Positions 49,301 through 60,830 of a DNA stretch of 64,000 nt are shown here, piece after piece. A program made the position numbers and the translations under genes. The notes under the pieces are model-generated. The model was not told the DNA's origin and did no database searches. It saw only the letters and a list, made by a program, of their open reading frames with translations. Origin of the DNA: Nemertoderma westbladi (Eukaryota; Animalia; Xenacoelomorpha); the NCBI GenBank assembly GCA_032718475.1, contig JAUCBJ010007014.1:101946-165945 (forward strand), written 5' to 3'. The stretch's first letter is position 1, and every line of letters begins with the position of its first letter.

Positions 49301-51529
49301 AGGCTCCACACCTTGCGCATGAGATACTTCAGACCTAACGGGTTGACATATTGTTACAGGGAGTGGTGGTATACCCTTTTGTAAATTGACTAATTTATCG
49401 CGTTCTAACGCGATACTTTGCTGCACTTCTTGCAACTCTAACCTACTTTCCTTTACGGTTCCCTTCAACTGTTGAACAGTCCCTTCTAACTCTCGGACCT
49501 GTTGGGAGGAGCGCACTTGATTCTCCTCCATCTTTCCGAGGAGAATATCCATCCCCCGCCATCTCTCGTCTACCCAATCAACCGCCGAAGCGGGATTCGC
49601 CAACGTCGTAGCGGGCAGACGAGGGACTACGGGCGATATATCCTTTATATTTCGCTCGGAGTCCAGGACCGACACTGTTTCAGGGGCTGCTCCTCTAGGC
49701 ACGGATAATTTGGTGCTGTGTAAGGGGAATTTAAAGGTAGGTTCAGGGAGCACAGGTGTCTCTATCACCGAAGGGGTGATTTCAAGAACAGGCCTAATTA
49801 TTTCAGGCTCATCTACTATAGTAGGGAGTCTTTCTATTTTAATTATTTGGTCTGTGAGTTCTGTACTACCTAAGCCTGCGCTAGTTAGTTGTCTTTTAAC
49901 AGCTGGGGGCAAATCAGGCAATTTCTGACGGTGAGATGTTCTTCTACGTCTGCTTAGACGAGATCTATTTCCTCCGCCTTCAGCATCGGTGGTATCGCCT
50001 TCCTCAGATGATGTATATCCTTGGCGTTTGGGAGTAGATCGACTCATCATCTGCATTCGACTATCTGTTAACTGTTTATTTATGTTGTCTTGCGTCTCTT
50101 GCAGATTTTCCAACTCCAGTTTGGTGGTCTCTTCCACCGCTCTCCGTTCTGCTTCTGCCACTGCCACTGCCGCTTTTCTTTCCATTTCGGCTGCTTTTCT
50201 TTCCGCTTCTGCCTCTTTTCTTTCCGCTTCTGCCTCTGCCACTGCCGCTGCCGCTGCCGCTTTTCTTTCCACTTCGGCTGCTTTTCTTTCCGCTTCGGCT
50301 GCTTTTCTTTCCGCTTCTGCCGCTGCCACTGCCGCTTTCTTTCTGTCTTCTATACGTTTTTTCTTTACTTGTTCTTCTTGGACTCTAGCGATGCGGAGTT
50401 GTTCATCAAATTTAGCTTGGTTCGCAGCTATCATATCTGCATCGATTGCGTCCAACACAAGCTTGGCTCCTTCACTATTAGGGCTAAGTCCCTCCAGCCG
50501 TCTCCTCAACTCTTCGTCTCCTAAAAAGCGTTGATAGTCTGACAGATAGATGTCAATAGCATCCCTCTTATGCGGTTTCTCTGCTGTCGCCTCACTTTCC
50601 ACTTGGGAAAAGGTAGCGTCGGTGGATTCCCCAAGTGTTGAGCGCTCATCTAACTGCGATTTCCACGGGGCAGCTCTTTGAACTTGGAGACTCAGCCGCT
50701 GCAACCAAGTCTTTACGGCAACTTGCAACGACGTGTCTTGCTTTCTTTTCGAAGCCTCCTCAAAGGCAGATAAGATTAGTCTGATTCTTAGAATTCTTTC
50801 TCTAACTTGATAAAGCAGCTCTCCCTGCTCTTGAGGTCCTTGTGGTTGTCTAAACAGTTGTTCCTCCAATCGCTCCATAGAGCTGGAGAATCCCTGTACG
50901 TATCCGGCTGCTGACCTCTTCCATACAGCTGGATCGATGGTTTCCTTTGTTACTCCCATCCTGTGTATGTCTTCCCAAGCAGCTTCCGATAAGTCAAACG
51001 GTAGTCCGGGTCCGGGGAAGCTCCATTGCGACTCGACAATAGACTTCAGTTCTTCCCGTGGATATCACGCATAACTATCCTTGGTCGATCGCTTACTTCT
51101 CGCCCAATCAATCTGGTGTTCCTCCACTGCAATCAATACCCTGGTGAGTACGGCTGCAGGAAGGATGAGAAGGGGATCCGAATAAACCGTATCCGCTATC
51201 TTCGCTTCGCGTTCGGGCGTTAGCTCAACAGTATCCGAACTACTGGAGCTCTCGGGTCGCTGAGAACTAGGTTCTTGGCTAGGAGGTTGCTGCTGTTTGA
51301 CAGCTGCTTCTTGATCCCGCTTAACTTGGGCCCGAGTACCGATGATAGACCTATGGTGTTGGATTAGCCTAGGGTCTGATATTACTACAGGAGGGATGAC
51401 CTTCCTCACAGTAGGAGGTGAACTGAACTTAGGTCTAGACGGTTCCACACCCCTATCTGAGTCGCAGATAGTTACATCTAATAAACTGTCTGACAGGTTC
51501 TGCTTAGTATCAGACATGTTTGTTTGCAC
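43378..51529 (-). pseudogene. BEL-C gag-pol with in-frame stops, frameshifts and loss of the RT YMDD motif
   Basis: ORFs 51065-51529, 49040-50959, 48573-49070, 48057-48563, 46128-47999 and 43378-45984. Motifs: KFNGDEMKW, CYNCLRQGH, ALLDSGSTGTF, RVVFDGS, DIEGMFLQV, FGDASD, GVDLFGP, SDKGTNF, GGSWERLI. The frame reads IYM and then jumps past DD at ~46165. Confidence 0.93.
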
Positions 51530-51649
51530 AGTTGAATGCCCACTGCTATATTACAGTTAAAGCAAGTCTAGTAATTCAGTATTAACTGTTAGCCTAGTAA
51601 TTAATTACCGATACTGCTACGCAGTGTAGCGTGATATATATATAATATA

Positions 51650-51905
51650 TTAGAATACCGGTATGCTTATAGTATATATATATAAGTTTTATTACAGACT
51701 AGGTTTGTCACAGAATACCGGTATATAAATTTAGCACAAATATATATAAATATATAATAGGCCTATCGTGAATACCGGTATACAGTCTACACTTATAGTA
51801 TATATAAGTATAATTCTGGACTAGAATTAATTACAGAATACCGGTATAATTTCAGCCTAAATTTATAGAAATAAAGATAATAGGCCTATCGTAAATACCG
51901 GTATA
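51650..51905. repeat. ~60-bp periodic AT-rich repeat carrying AATACCGGTA in the BEL-C leader
   Basis: The motif recurs at ~51654, 51714, 51771, 51837 and 51894. Confidence 0.8.
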
Positions 51906-52910
51906 TCAATTATTTTAAATAATTGAATTTCTGTATTTTAGGGGTTACTTGGTTACTTTACTTACTTTATTACCGTTATTTGAGCAGTAGTCCAACTAAT
52001 ATTGAGACCTAATTGTTGTATGTCAGGCCTACTATTTATAAATCGTTAGAGTTGATTTATAATATATATATATATACCCGTTTAATGGGTTTTGTCAATA
52101 TTTGAAATAAATGTTATTATTTCTGAGAAAGAGTCACTACACAGAAGCTGTGCGCTCTCAGTGAAGTGCTACTTGTTGGACACTAAAACAAATAATTCTA
52201 ATTTACCTAAGTTACTTAATACTATAAATTACGTATAATTCGGGGTGAGATTACAATCTCTAAATAAACACAAAAATTACAAAAAAAAAACAAATACGAA
52301 TTTTTAGGGTAATTTTACAAGAAGTCTACAAACCAGCCTAACAAAGGATTAGAAATCTGGTTATTACAAACGGACAGGATACTACGGTATTTGAAAATAA
52401 TAAGTAGTAGTAAATACACTGCGTTGTCCAGATAGGAAAATACCACCGTCTGACGACCTATAGCCGTATCGCTATAGGTACTACGTTATGTATCACGGAG
52501 TGTCCCTACCTAGAAGTTAATTACCGCGGTCTACCAGAACCAACGTGCCTATTAACCACTTTACAACACAAATATACTGCCTACACACTAATTACCCTCG
52601 GAAAGCACTGTACACTAAACCCTAAATTAGGTACAAGTACTTGTACAACAAATAATCAGTAGTTAGAAATACTTGAACAGCTAAAAGAACCACGGTATCT
52701 GCCGGAGTGACCGGTGCACAAAATCACCAGCCTTTACCTACGCCAAGCAGCCCTGATGTAGTACCGGGGTTAATTTAACTATAACGGTATATATAACAAA
52801 CAAGCACAATTACTGTAGGAATAAACTTGGGGATATGAATGTTGCGAATAATCGCATAAACTCTGAATAATAAATATTACGCTACCCGTACAAACTACTC
52901 AAACAAAATA

Positions 52911-53446
52911 CAACCAAATGCTGACAGACTACTATCAAGCCTAAATAAATTACAGAATGTGCAGATTCCGAAATGGTTAGTTAGTATGCGTTCTAACTGA
53001 GTAGTACGACTTATTCTTTCAGAGGGGGTTTACCTTACAGCTCTGGCTGCCCCAACGTTCCCAACTAGTACTTTATCGGACATACACTCTACACACACTA
53101 CAATCCCTTCAGACCTAACAACAGCCAGACAACAATCTAGCCTATAAATTATCTGAATAAGAAATATTACGGTACCTGTACAGACTACACAAACAAAGTA
53201 CAGACCAAACGCTGGCAGACTACTATCAACCCTAAATAAACTACAGGACATGCAGACTCCGAAATGGTTAGTTAGTATGCATTCTAACCTAGTAGTACGA
53301 CTTATTCTTTAGGTGGGGATTTACCTTACAGCTCTGGCTGCCCCTACTTCCTAACCGTCACTTTATCGGACATACACTCTACATGCACTGCAATCCGTTC
53401 AGACCTAACAACAGTCAGAACAACAGTCCAGCCTACAAATTATCTG
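52911..53446. repeat. tandem duplication (~290-bp period) in the BEL-C leader
   Basis: 52911-53155 is similar to 53202-53446. Confidence 0.85.
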
Positions 53447-53707
53447 TACGATCTGAGCAGGGTTACACGCCTTCTGCTCAATAATAGCCTACTAGTAAAT
53501 AAAACTGACAGAAATAAGTAAAATCTCAATAAAAAACCAGGGCGGGCCCTCCCTGATTTAATATTAAGGCCTACCGGTATATAATTATCAAAATCGAATA
53601 ATACTGCTGTACCTGTACTGTAAGTACCGGTTCGGGCAGTTGGGCCTACAGGCCTACAGGTACCGGTTGTCTGGTACTTCAGCTTTATTGCCTACTGCAA
53701 TCAGAAA

Positions 53708-53718
53708 ATAACTGTTAC
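53708..53718 (-). promoter_or_regulatory. BEL-C non-canonical PBS, complementary to its own LTR (54471-54481)
   Basis: GTAACAGTTAT abuts the 5' LTR and is the exact complement of ATAACTGTTAC in the LTR (11/11). Confidence 0.75.
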
Positions 53719-54922
53719 TGTTCGCGCTTTTAAGACCTTTGGCAGTTTAACCCGCCAAATCTATATGTCTTCTAGGTTATAGTTCGACTTTAGCCTATGA
53801 CAAGTATTTGACACAAATAAATCCAACATTAGCCGAAGCCAGTCTATGCGCGACCATTCACCCGCTGGATATACCCGGGAGACTGGATTCGGATGCTTTA
53901 ATTTGATTGCGGTGCAGGCCTACCGTACTATTCGATTGATCGTTAATATAATTCCTGACAAATATCATTCACTTTCGGGAAATATTAGCAGTTCCTTTAG
54001 GACGTGGCGCTCTATCTATATAAACAGAGCTATGGCTCACACTAAACACAACGGAATGGATTATAAGTTACACATAAGGCGCATTCTTTAGGAAATGCTT
54101 TGTTACGCGGACAAGCACATACAGACTATTGCACACCGCTGCACACTGAATTGCCGATAGTCACTGATTTGAATCACATATAAAGAGAATAGCAACCGGC
54201 ATTTGTAGGGCCTATAAAATAGCATTCAATGCACTACAAACCACGATAATATAAGCCGCAATTGCTATATGTGACTGTTCTCTCTAACCTTAGTGTATCA
54301 AGAAGATCGGGGTTTCTGATCGTTTATCATTATTCTCCAAATAACAATATGTAAACAACTGATACAATTAATAACAAACAGTAAATAGCAGTAAATAATG
54401 TGCAATACAGCAGTAGGTACCGTACCGTACCGGCCCTCCGGTGCTGTGCTGTGCTCCGTGTGTCCTCACGGTAACAGTTATGTGATCTTATAATTAAAGA
54501 CGTTCTAATGTTGGAATAATTCAGAAATATTCCACAGCCGATGTTTCTAGGCTCTGGAAAAACCAACACACTGAACCCTGTGAGCTGTTGCAGGTAGCTT
54601 TCAACACAGAAAGGAAAAGCTCTCATTGGCAGAACTCCAGATTCTGTAGGTTCCAAATGGTCTAAAATGCCAAACCACCCTAGCCTTTGCAGCCAATTAC
54701 ATTGATTTAGCCAACATAAGGCTGAATCACTCTGTTTGGTTGATCGTTGTTCCGATTGGTTGATGGAACTGAACAAAGAGGCCGTCGCTAGGCAAATCAG
54801 CCAATCAGCCGGTAGCTTTCATCCTTTGAGTTAGGGAGTTTTTCTTTAGAGTATTTGAGCGCATTGAGGGAAACTGGATTGCGAAGCAAAAGGGCCAGTT
54901 ATATCCCACAAAAGCTTTTACA
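53719..54922 (-). repeat. BEL-C 5' LTR
   Basis: Direct repeat of 38234-39437. Confidence 0.96.
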
Positions 54923-54927
54923 TTATG

Positions 54928-55650
54928 GTATCGAAATCATTAGAATAATTGGATCTCGTTGGTGACATATGCTATAAGTATAGAATTCAATGAACAATAA
55001 TTTATAATTGATACTACCACAAGCTATTTGTAAACATCTGCGACCAGTTATGATGAATAAATCGATATTGAATAATTATTACTTGGCATTCAACAGCTAT
55101 AACTCGGATATTTATAGTCTTTTTCTTTCGAGGTTGGATGGAAGAGTGAGCGGTGAATTTTAGCGAATCATATTGGTCCCGAGTTCGAACCCGGTTGAAT
55201 ATTTTGTTATCTGAAAAATTGCAAAATTAAATTTAGTTACTGGTGAAAAATTACGAAATAAAAAATAGTAGAAGTTACCTGTAGACACTCTTAGCACCTG
55301 TAAAATAAAGGTTGGTGAATATGAAAATACTGGTTGCTGAAAAATAGCGATTTGAAAAATAGTAGAATTACCTGATGCTAAGTATGGACACCCGAACACC
55401 TGTAAGATAAAGGCTTATGATTGGAGGAAGGAGTAGCGTTGGGTGACTAATAACGCCTCTTGCGGAAGATGCGGGAACTTGAGAAGTTACCATGGTTACA
55501 GTTGAAATGCTGACATCTGATTGGTTGAATTAATAACGACCGCTGCTAATGGTTGAAATGGTGGCTTCTGATTGGAGGAAGGAGTAGAAATGGATGGTAA
55601 TGATGGGCTATGGGTGACCATGGCGCAGTGTCATACAAACATATACTACT
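54928..55650. repeat. outer right arm of the large inverted repeat
   Basis: Reverse complement of ~6250-7067, missing one ~94-bp unit. Confidence 0.95.
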
Positions 55651-56653
55651 CCGGATTAGGATGGATATTTCCTGACATTAGGAGAAGCATATTGATTGTT
55701 ACCGCGAGAATAAGGAGTATATCTAATATAGAGCTTCGATATATTGTGAAGGATAATGCTACTGCATGATATATTAGTAATAAATTACTTTTTAATTTTG
55801 GTTTGTAAGTTTTCTGCCAGTGTAAATAATTGTTGTATTTTGTAAAATTGAGGTCATTCCTCAGAAAAGTATAGGAATTAAAAATAATAAAAATAACGCA
55901 AAGCGCTGAAAGAATTTCTTTATTTGTTTTTAGAGTTTCAGTTGCTGTCTGCAATTTTGGATGCCAATTTTTAATTTTATATGTCGGATCAATTAGTTTT
56001 ATGCATATAATGTACGTTGAATATCGGTAAAAAAAATACTTAACAATAGTTAGCAACCAAATATGTTTGAAGGGATATATTGTTTTGTAGTAAAATATTG
56101 TAATGTGTATATAAAGCGTTTGGAATGCTATTTGAAAAATAACACCATTAGTAAATTTCATGTCATACTGCATTATCAGGTACTGCGGTATAATTACCAT
56201 AAATAGCAGCCCGACTAACCAAAGCAATCCAAATTCATATCCCATATATGTTGGAATATTTCCTCGGTATTTGAGTCTAAATTTTTGGAATATTGTTATT
56301 AGCACAATTTTTTTATTGGTAAATTGTTTTTGTAATAATATTCCTGCAAATACAACTACTAAAGTCGAGAGTTGAGTGAAAATTGTAAGTACTGGCACAG
56401 ATAAAATATTCCAACAACATATAAAGGTTTTTATCATTATATTGCACAATATTTCTCTAGAAATTGTACTAATGTTAGAATAGTGGTCAAAACCTAGGTC
56501 GTTTAATTTATTGAGATTATTTATTAATTGCACGAAAAGTATATACGTAGTTTTATTTTCATATGTATATACGGGTAGACATGGGATCATTGGCGGTGTA
56601 CCAGGTAGGATAGGTAGAAAATATATACAATAATTTATAACAATGTATATCAA
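55646..56653 (-). CDS. hydrophobic ORF ending in a truncated 2A-like peptide (N-terminal part of LINE ORF2)
   Basis: 335-codon open frame in AT-rich DNA with several hydrophobic stretches. It ends in LLLMSGNIHPNP/E, and the stop is supplied by the adjacent element. Confidence 0.6.
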   Translation of the reverse strand: MIYIVINYCIYFLPILPGTPPMIPCLPVYTYENKTTYILFVQLINNLNKLNDLGFDHYSNISTISREILCNIMIKTFICCWNILSVPVLTIFTQLSTLVVVFAGILLQKQFTNKKIVLITIFQKFRLKYRGNIPTYMGYEFGLLWLVGLLFMVIIPQYLIMQYDMKFTNGVIFQIAFQTLYIHITIFYYKTIYPFKHIWLLTIVKYFFYRYSTYIICIKLIDPTYKIKNWHPKLQTATETLKTNKEILSALCVIFIIFNSYTFLRNDLNFTKYNNYLHWQKTYKPKLKSNLLLIYHAVALSFTIYRSSILDILLILAVTINMLLLMSGNIHPNPE

Positions 56654-58450
56654 TAAGATAGTGAGTGACGCTTGAATTAAATTTATGTAATATATTAAAA
56701 ACCATTTTTAATAAGATAAAATATTTGTGGGGTGGGGTTAAAAAACTTACACCTGTAATGCAGACCACTAAAGTTAGACATACGCCCAGTAGTAATTCTA
56801 TTTTATTGCACAATTGTACATCGACTGACAAAACTGACAAAAATACAATTATATCTTTTATAAAAATGAATGTAATAATTAAGTCATTTAGAGGTGGTTA
56901 TTATATTGTATGACTCTACTGTCATCCCCTAATATATTAATACTGGGCTTTGGATTCGCCTATCGCTCTCATTAGATCTATAACAGCGTTGAACACCCTT
57001 CCTCCTTCACCGTGATTCGCTGTAGGGTTGGAGTAGGGTTAGTAGGTTGGTGTTCTCTATAGGACCCCGGTTGCGGCCAATAATAAGCCCTGTGGGTCTG
57101 GATCAATGGCCATTCAGATGGTTGACTTGGATGTTGAATATTGTTGTTATTAAAGCGCGCTCCCATTGGGTCCCGGGGTTGTGACTTTCCAAATAACGCA
57201 CGTTTAATATTGCTAACATATAGACCCATAGCGTTATGAGAAAGGTGTTTAGCATCATATAGATGTATCGTGGTAAGGTTAGCATGATGAACAAAGGTTA
57301 TATCTAAATCTCTACAAACTTTGCTAATTTCGTTGTTAATTGGGGTAACGCTTTTGTCCGCTCGCGCAATAAGTGCAGATAAACAGATGTTCGCATCCGG
57401 CCATTTCTGATTAATGGCTTTGACGCTCTCCTTCAGATTTCTCGTGAGTTCTACTGGGTTGCGATATTGACTAGCGTTATCAACATCATTAGTTCCTGTC
57501 TGTATATATACGTGCTCTATATTATTATATATACTCAAAGCTGTTTGTATATTTTCTAACAATATTTGTGACGTTTGTGTTGGTACCATTTTAGCGAATC
57601 GGTTTATTTTGCGTGGGTAGACAAACTTCCTATTGCTATCCATAAATAGCAGTGTAGAGATTTCTTCAGTAGAACGCCTTCCATTGTCGACCTTGGTGAA
57701 TTTGTTTGGTGCCGCTATGGGCGCACCTCTTTCAGGAGTAATTTCGTTCAGGCTATTACATTGTAAGCCCACTGAAGTTGTTGTTTCAGTGTTACGTGGC
57801 AATACCGTATTATCAGCCGTATTTCCACTGTCACCAGTCAACAACAATGAGTTGTCCGGAAGAAGGACTAATGATTCGTTTAGGCCCCTACCGATTTCTG
57901 ATAGTGAGGATGTCTCATTCTGAATTGAGCTGAGTACCGGTAATGGAAACGATTGAGAATCCTCAGTCAGACCCAGGCCCTGCCTGATAGATATCCGCGG
58001 GGTTGGGGGGTTGCCGTTTGTATTAGTTCCCTCGTTAGATAGTTGTCCCATTAACTCGGTCCCCTTTCCAGAAGAGTAGTGTGTGAGGAGTATTATCTGC
58101 TCTTCAAGTACCTTTATTCGCTTAAGATCCTGTTCGCGTATAGTAAAAAGTGTTTTAAACGAATCCTCGAGGTATGGCAATCGGTTGATTATCGTTTCCC
58201 TGGCAACATCCGGAGTGTCTGCAGATTCGGTAATTATAGTTGGATCCGGATCCGGATTAGAATTAGTAACGCCTACATGAAAGTTTTTGGGTCCATCACC
58301 GTTATCTTCATTAGTTGAGATCTCTGAGGTTTGTTTAAGAACCACAGCACCTGTGAATTAGTAAAACATTGAGAGCAACCAAACAAAGTATATTACCTTA
58401 GATATATCGCTCGGGTAAATATAGATTACACAAATAAACGTAACATAATA
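55651..58450 (-). mobile_element. CR1/L2-group LINE, 5' half only; truncated at the start of ORF2
   Basis: Esterase-type ORF1, then an ORF ending in the 2A-like LLLMSGNIHPNP at the junction with the palindrome. The 5' boundary is approximate. Confidence 0.7.
56978..58345 (-). CDS. LINE ORF1p with coiled coil and SGNH/GDSL esterase domain
   Basis: FMDSN (block I), QTGTNDV (block III) and YDAKHLS (DxxH) motifs. The start codon is uncertain. Confidence 0.85.
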   Translation of the reverse strand: MVLKQTSEISTNEDNGDGPKNFHVGVTNSNPDPDPTIITESADTPDVARETIINRLPYLEDSFKTLFTIREQDLKRIKVLEEQIILLTHYSSGKGTELMGQLSNEGTNTNGNPPTPRISIRQGLGLTEDSQSFPLPVLSSIQNETSSLSEIGRGLNESLVLLPDNSLLLTGDSGNTADNTVLPRNTETTTSVGLQCNSLNEITPERGAPIAAPNKFTKVDNGRRSTEEISTLLFMDSNRKFVYPRKINRFAKMVPTQTSQILLENIQTALSIYNNIEHVYIQTGTNDVDNASQYRNPVELTRNLKESVKAINQKWPDANICLSALIARADKSVTPINNEISKVCRDLDITFVHHANLTTIHLYDAKHLSHNAMGLYVSNIKRALFGKSQPRDPMGARFNNNNIQHPSQPSEWPLIQTHRAYYWPQPGSYREHQPTNPTPTLQRITVKEEGCSTLL

Positions 58451-58509
58451 ATATAAATAAATAAAATAAACTAAGAGTCAATCATATAACATCGAATAAG
58501 TAATTCGTA

Positions 58510-59202
58510 ATGGATGAATCCAAAGCCGGTTCCTGTTCCGGGTATAACGAATCCACTTGGCCTGCAGTTTCAGCAATGCTTGCCAGTAGTTTATGGAATC
58601 CAGCGTATTCGCACATCGCACCTGAAAGATCATCAACTGTCACTCAGGTGCCACAAGTTCCATATAACCACAACCCCCGAACATTAATCGACGACGAACA
58701 TCAGTTACATTCGTTGATGACATCTCTAGGCCTAGGAGCGCCAGCGGCGAGATCGAGTCCAACAGATGACGTCCCCCAAGGTGGGAACCTGCGTTTCAGA
58801 ACGCCAACATGGGCAGAAACCCAGACCAGTCTTGGCGGGAAATCCAGACAACCTCCATCACGGGGACTATGAGCTAGGCCTACCGGTAGCTGGTTTAATC
58901 AGCTCGGCGGATCCACAGCGAACACGTTTTAGGGCTGGTGTACGAACAGCAACTGGAAACGGGGAGTTACCAGTCACCGGAAGGGAGTTTAGCAGACAGG
59001 ATGAGCAAACACAACAGGTAAGGTTTAGGCCTAAACGGCAATCAGAACAGGATAGAGGAAGCTGCACTGGGTATGATCAAATGCAACCTGGCCATCAGGT
59101 ACCGGTATCGGCTAGCTGGTCAACTGAGGGACTGATGCCTCCAGGGGCCACCTCTCCTGCACGGAGAATCAGGCCAGGAAATAGCGACCAACACAATAGT
59201 GC
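58510..59202 (+). other. unassigned coding-like segment (overlapping ORFs 58510-58872 and 58766 onward), cut by the RTE
   Basis: ATG-initiated, low-complexity P/S/Q/G-rich frames with no recognisable motif. Confidence 0.25.
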
Positions 59203-60830
59203 ACTACTACTACTAGGATCGCCATGCTGCATTGCAGCTGCATTTTTAAGAATGCTGTGCCGGCTTGTCAACAAAATTGCACTGCCACAACTCCCTATCA
59301 CCCATGACATTTGCTAGATCATCCGCATCTTTAAGGCCAGTGTCCTTTAAGATGCGTCTCAAGAAAGTCATGGGCTGTCCACCATGCTTATTCACTCCAT
59401 GAGGCTGCCAAAGTACAAGATTATGCACTGGCTGGTCCTCACGGCGAAAGCAATGTCCTGCAAAGCGGAGGCGATTTTGTTCTAGTGTCAAGCTTGGGGG
59501 AACCAATGAGACACCTCCAATGTTATATAGTGTCTCGTTGGAGATGTGTGCATTGTACTTGACACAATGAACCCGGCGTAGCATTCTTGTGAATGTGCCA
59601 TCTAGAGTTTTGGTGTACTCAGCAGTTAGAGCCCAGCATGGACTCCCGTAGAGGAGTACTGGAACTACTGCTGCTCTAAATAATCGGACCTTAAGTTTCC
59701 GATTAATTCTCGGTGACTTCCAAATTTTGGAAAGCCTATTCAAGGCTGCCCATGCCTTTCCCTTACGTATTCGAAGGTCCTCACCTGACTTCCGGATCCA
59801 TGATCCCAGGTAACAGAAGTCGTCCACATGCTCAAGCATACCATCCTTTGAGCTTATGCTCATCCGATCAGATACTTGCTGAGGACTTTCAAAGTTAACT
59901 GTCAGAATTTTGGTCTTTCTGGAGTTAATAAAAAGACCAACACTAGAAGCAGCATGTTCTAATGAGCTGAGGAGCCGTTGGGCTCCCTCTAATGATTCTG
60001 AGAGTACTCTTAAGTCATCAGCAAAGTCTAGATCAGTTAGGTACTTGGCAGGATTTCCTCGACTTCTGGAGCCAGTAGGTGGAGTTATCATCACCCCATC
60101 ATCATTATAATGATCTAAGGACATGCGTAGAACATAGTCAACCACAATAATGAACAAGAATGGTGCAAGTGTGTCTCCTTGGAGGACGCCCCATAACACT
60201 TCAAATGGTTCTGTGTCACCGTCAACAGTAGACACAAATGTTGTCGAACCATCGTGTACTGATCTGATTGCTGCAATAATTTCATCAGGAATCCCATATA
60301 ATGAAAGTATGCTGAACATACGTGAGCGAGAGACTGAATCAAAGGCCTTGAAGAAGTCAACAAAGATAACAGCCAGATGCCTGTCTTTCTTTTTTGATAA
60401 CTCTTCAATTATCCTTCTATAAGTGCCAAAATGGGTTCCATGGTCCCACGACCTTTACGGAACCCATTCTGATTTTCACGGAGCAGTCTCTCAATGGGAT
60501 CCCTGATGCGATTTAATAGAATTCTATTGTATAGCTTTGCAGCAATCGAGATCAATGAGATTCCCCGAAAAGAACCATAGAGTGTTAGGTTGCCCTTCTT
60601 GGGAACTGGCACCAACTTATTTGTTTTCATTTCTTGTGGGACTCTTGTTGTTCGGTACATGTCTACTATGATGGGATAGATGAGCTTTAAACACTCAGGT
60701 ATTTTAAAGAGCTCAGGGGGGACACCATCTACTCCACTGGCACGATTGGTCTTAATGCTCTTTGCAGCAGCCTTCACTTCTGCAAAGGAGATATCGCCAA
60801 TGGGAATATCTGGAGTACAGACTCAGACAC
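59203..60830 (-). mobile_element. RTE-clade LINE copy 2, 5'-truncated and frameshifted
   Basis: (TAG)n tail at 59203-59215; ORFs 59246-60319 and 60409-60777 (RASGVDGVPPEL, PVPKKG); 2-bp insertion near 60419 relative to copy 1. Confidence 0.93.

Larger units (their letters stand above)
38234..54922 (-). mobile_element. BEL/Pao LTR retrotransposon C (16.7 kb), coding-defective
   Basis: 1204-bp TGT...ACA LTRs at 38234-39437 and 53719-54922; TSD TTATG (38229-38233, 54923-54927); Pao-type gag-pol. Confidence 0.96.
6250..55650. mobile_element. palindromic non-autonomous element with Maverick/Polinton-like termini (about 7.3 kb once the nested BEL elements are removed)
   Basis: Starts AGTAGTATATG at 6250 and ends CATATACTACT at 55650. 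6250-7183 plus 32597-34680 is the reverse complement of 34733-38233 plus 54928-55650. No matching TSD and no polB, integrase or capsid ORF. The inverted repeat is directly visible; the Maverick assignment is an inference. Confidence 0.55.
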
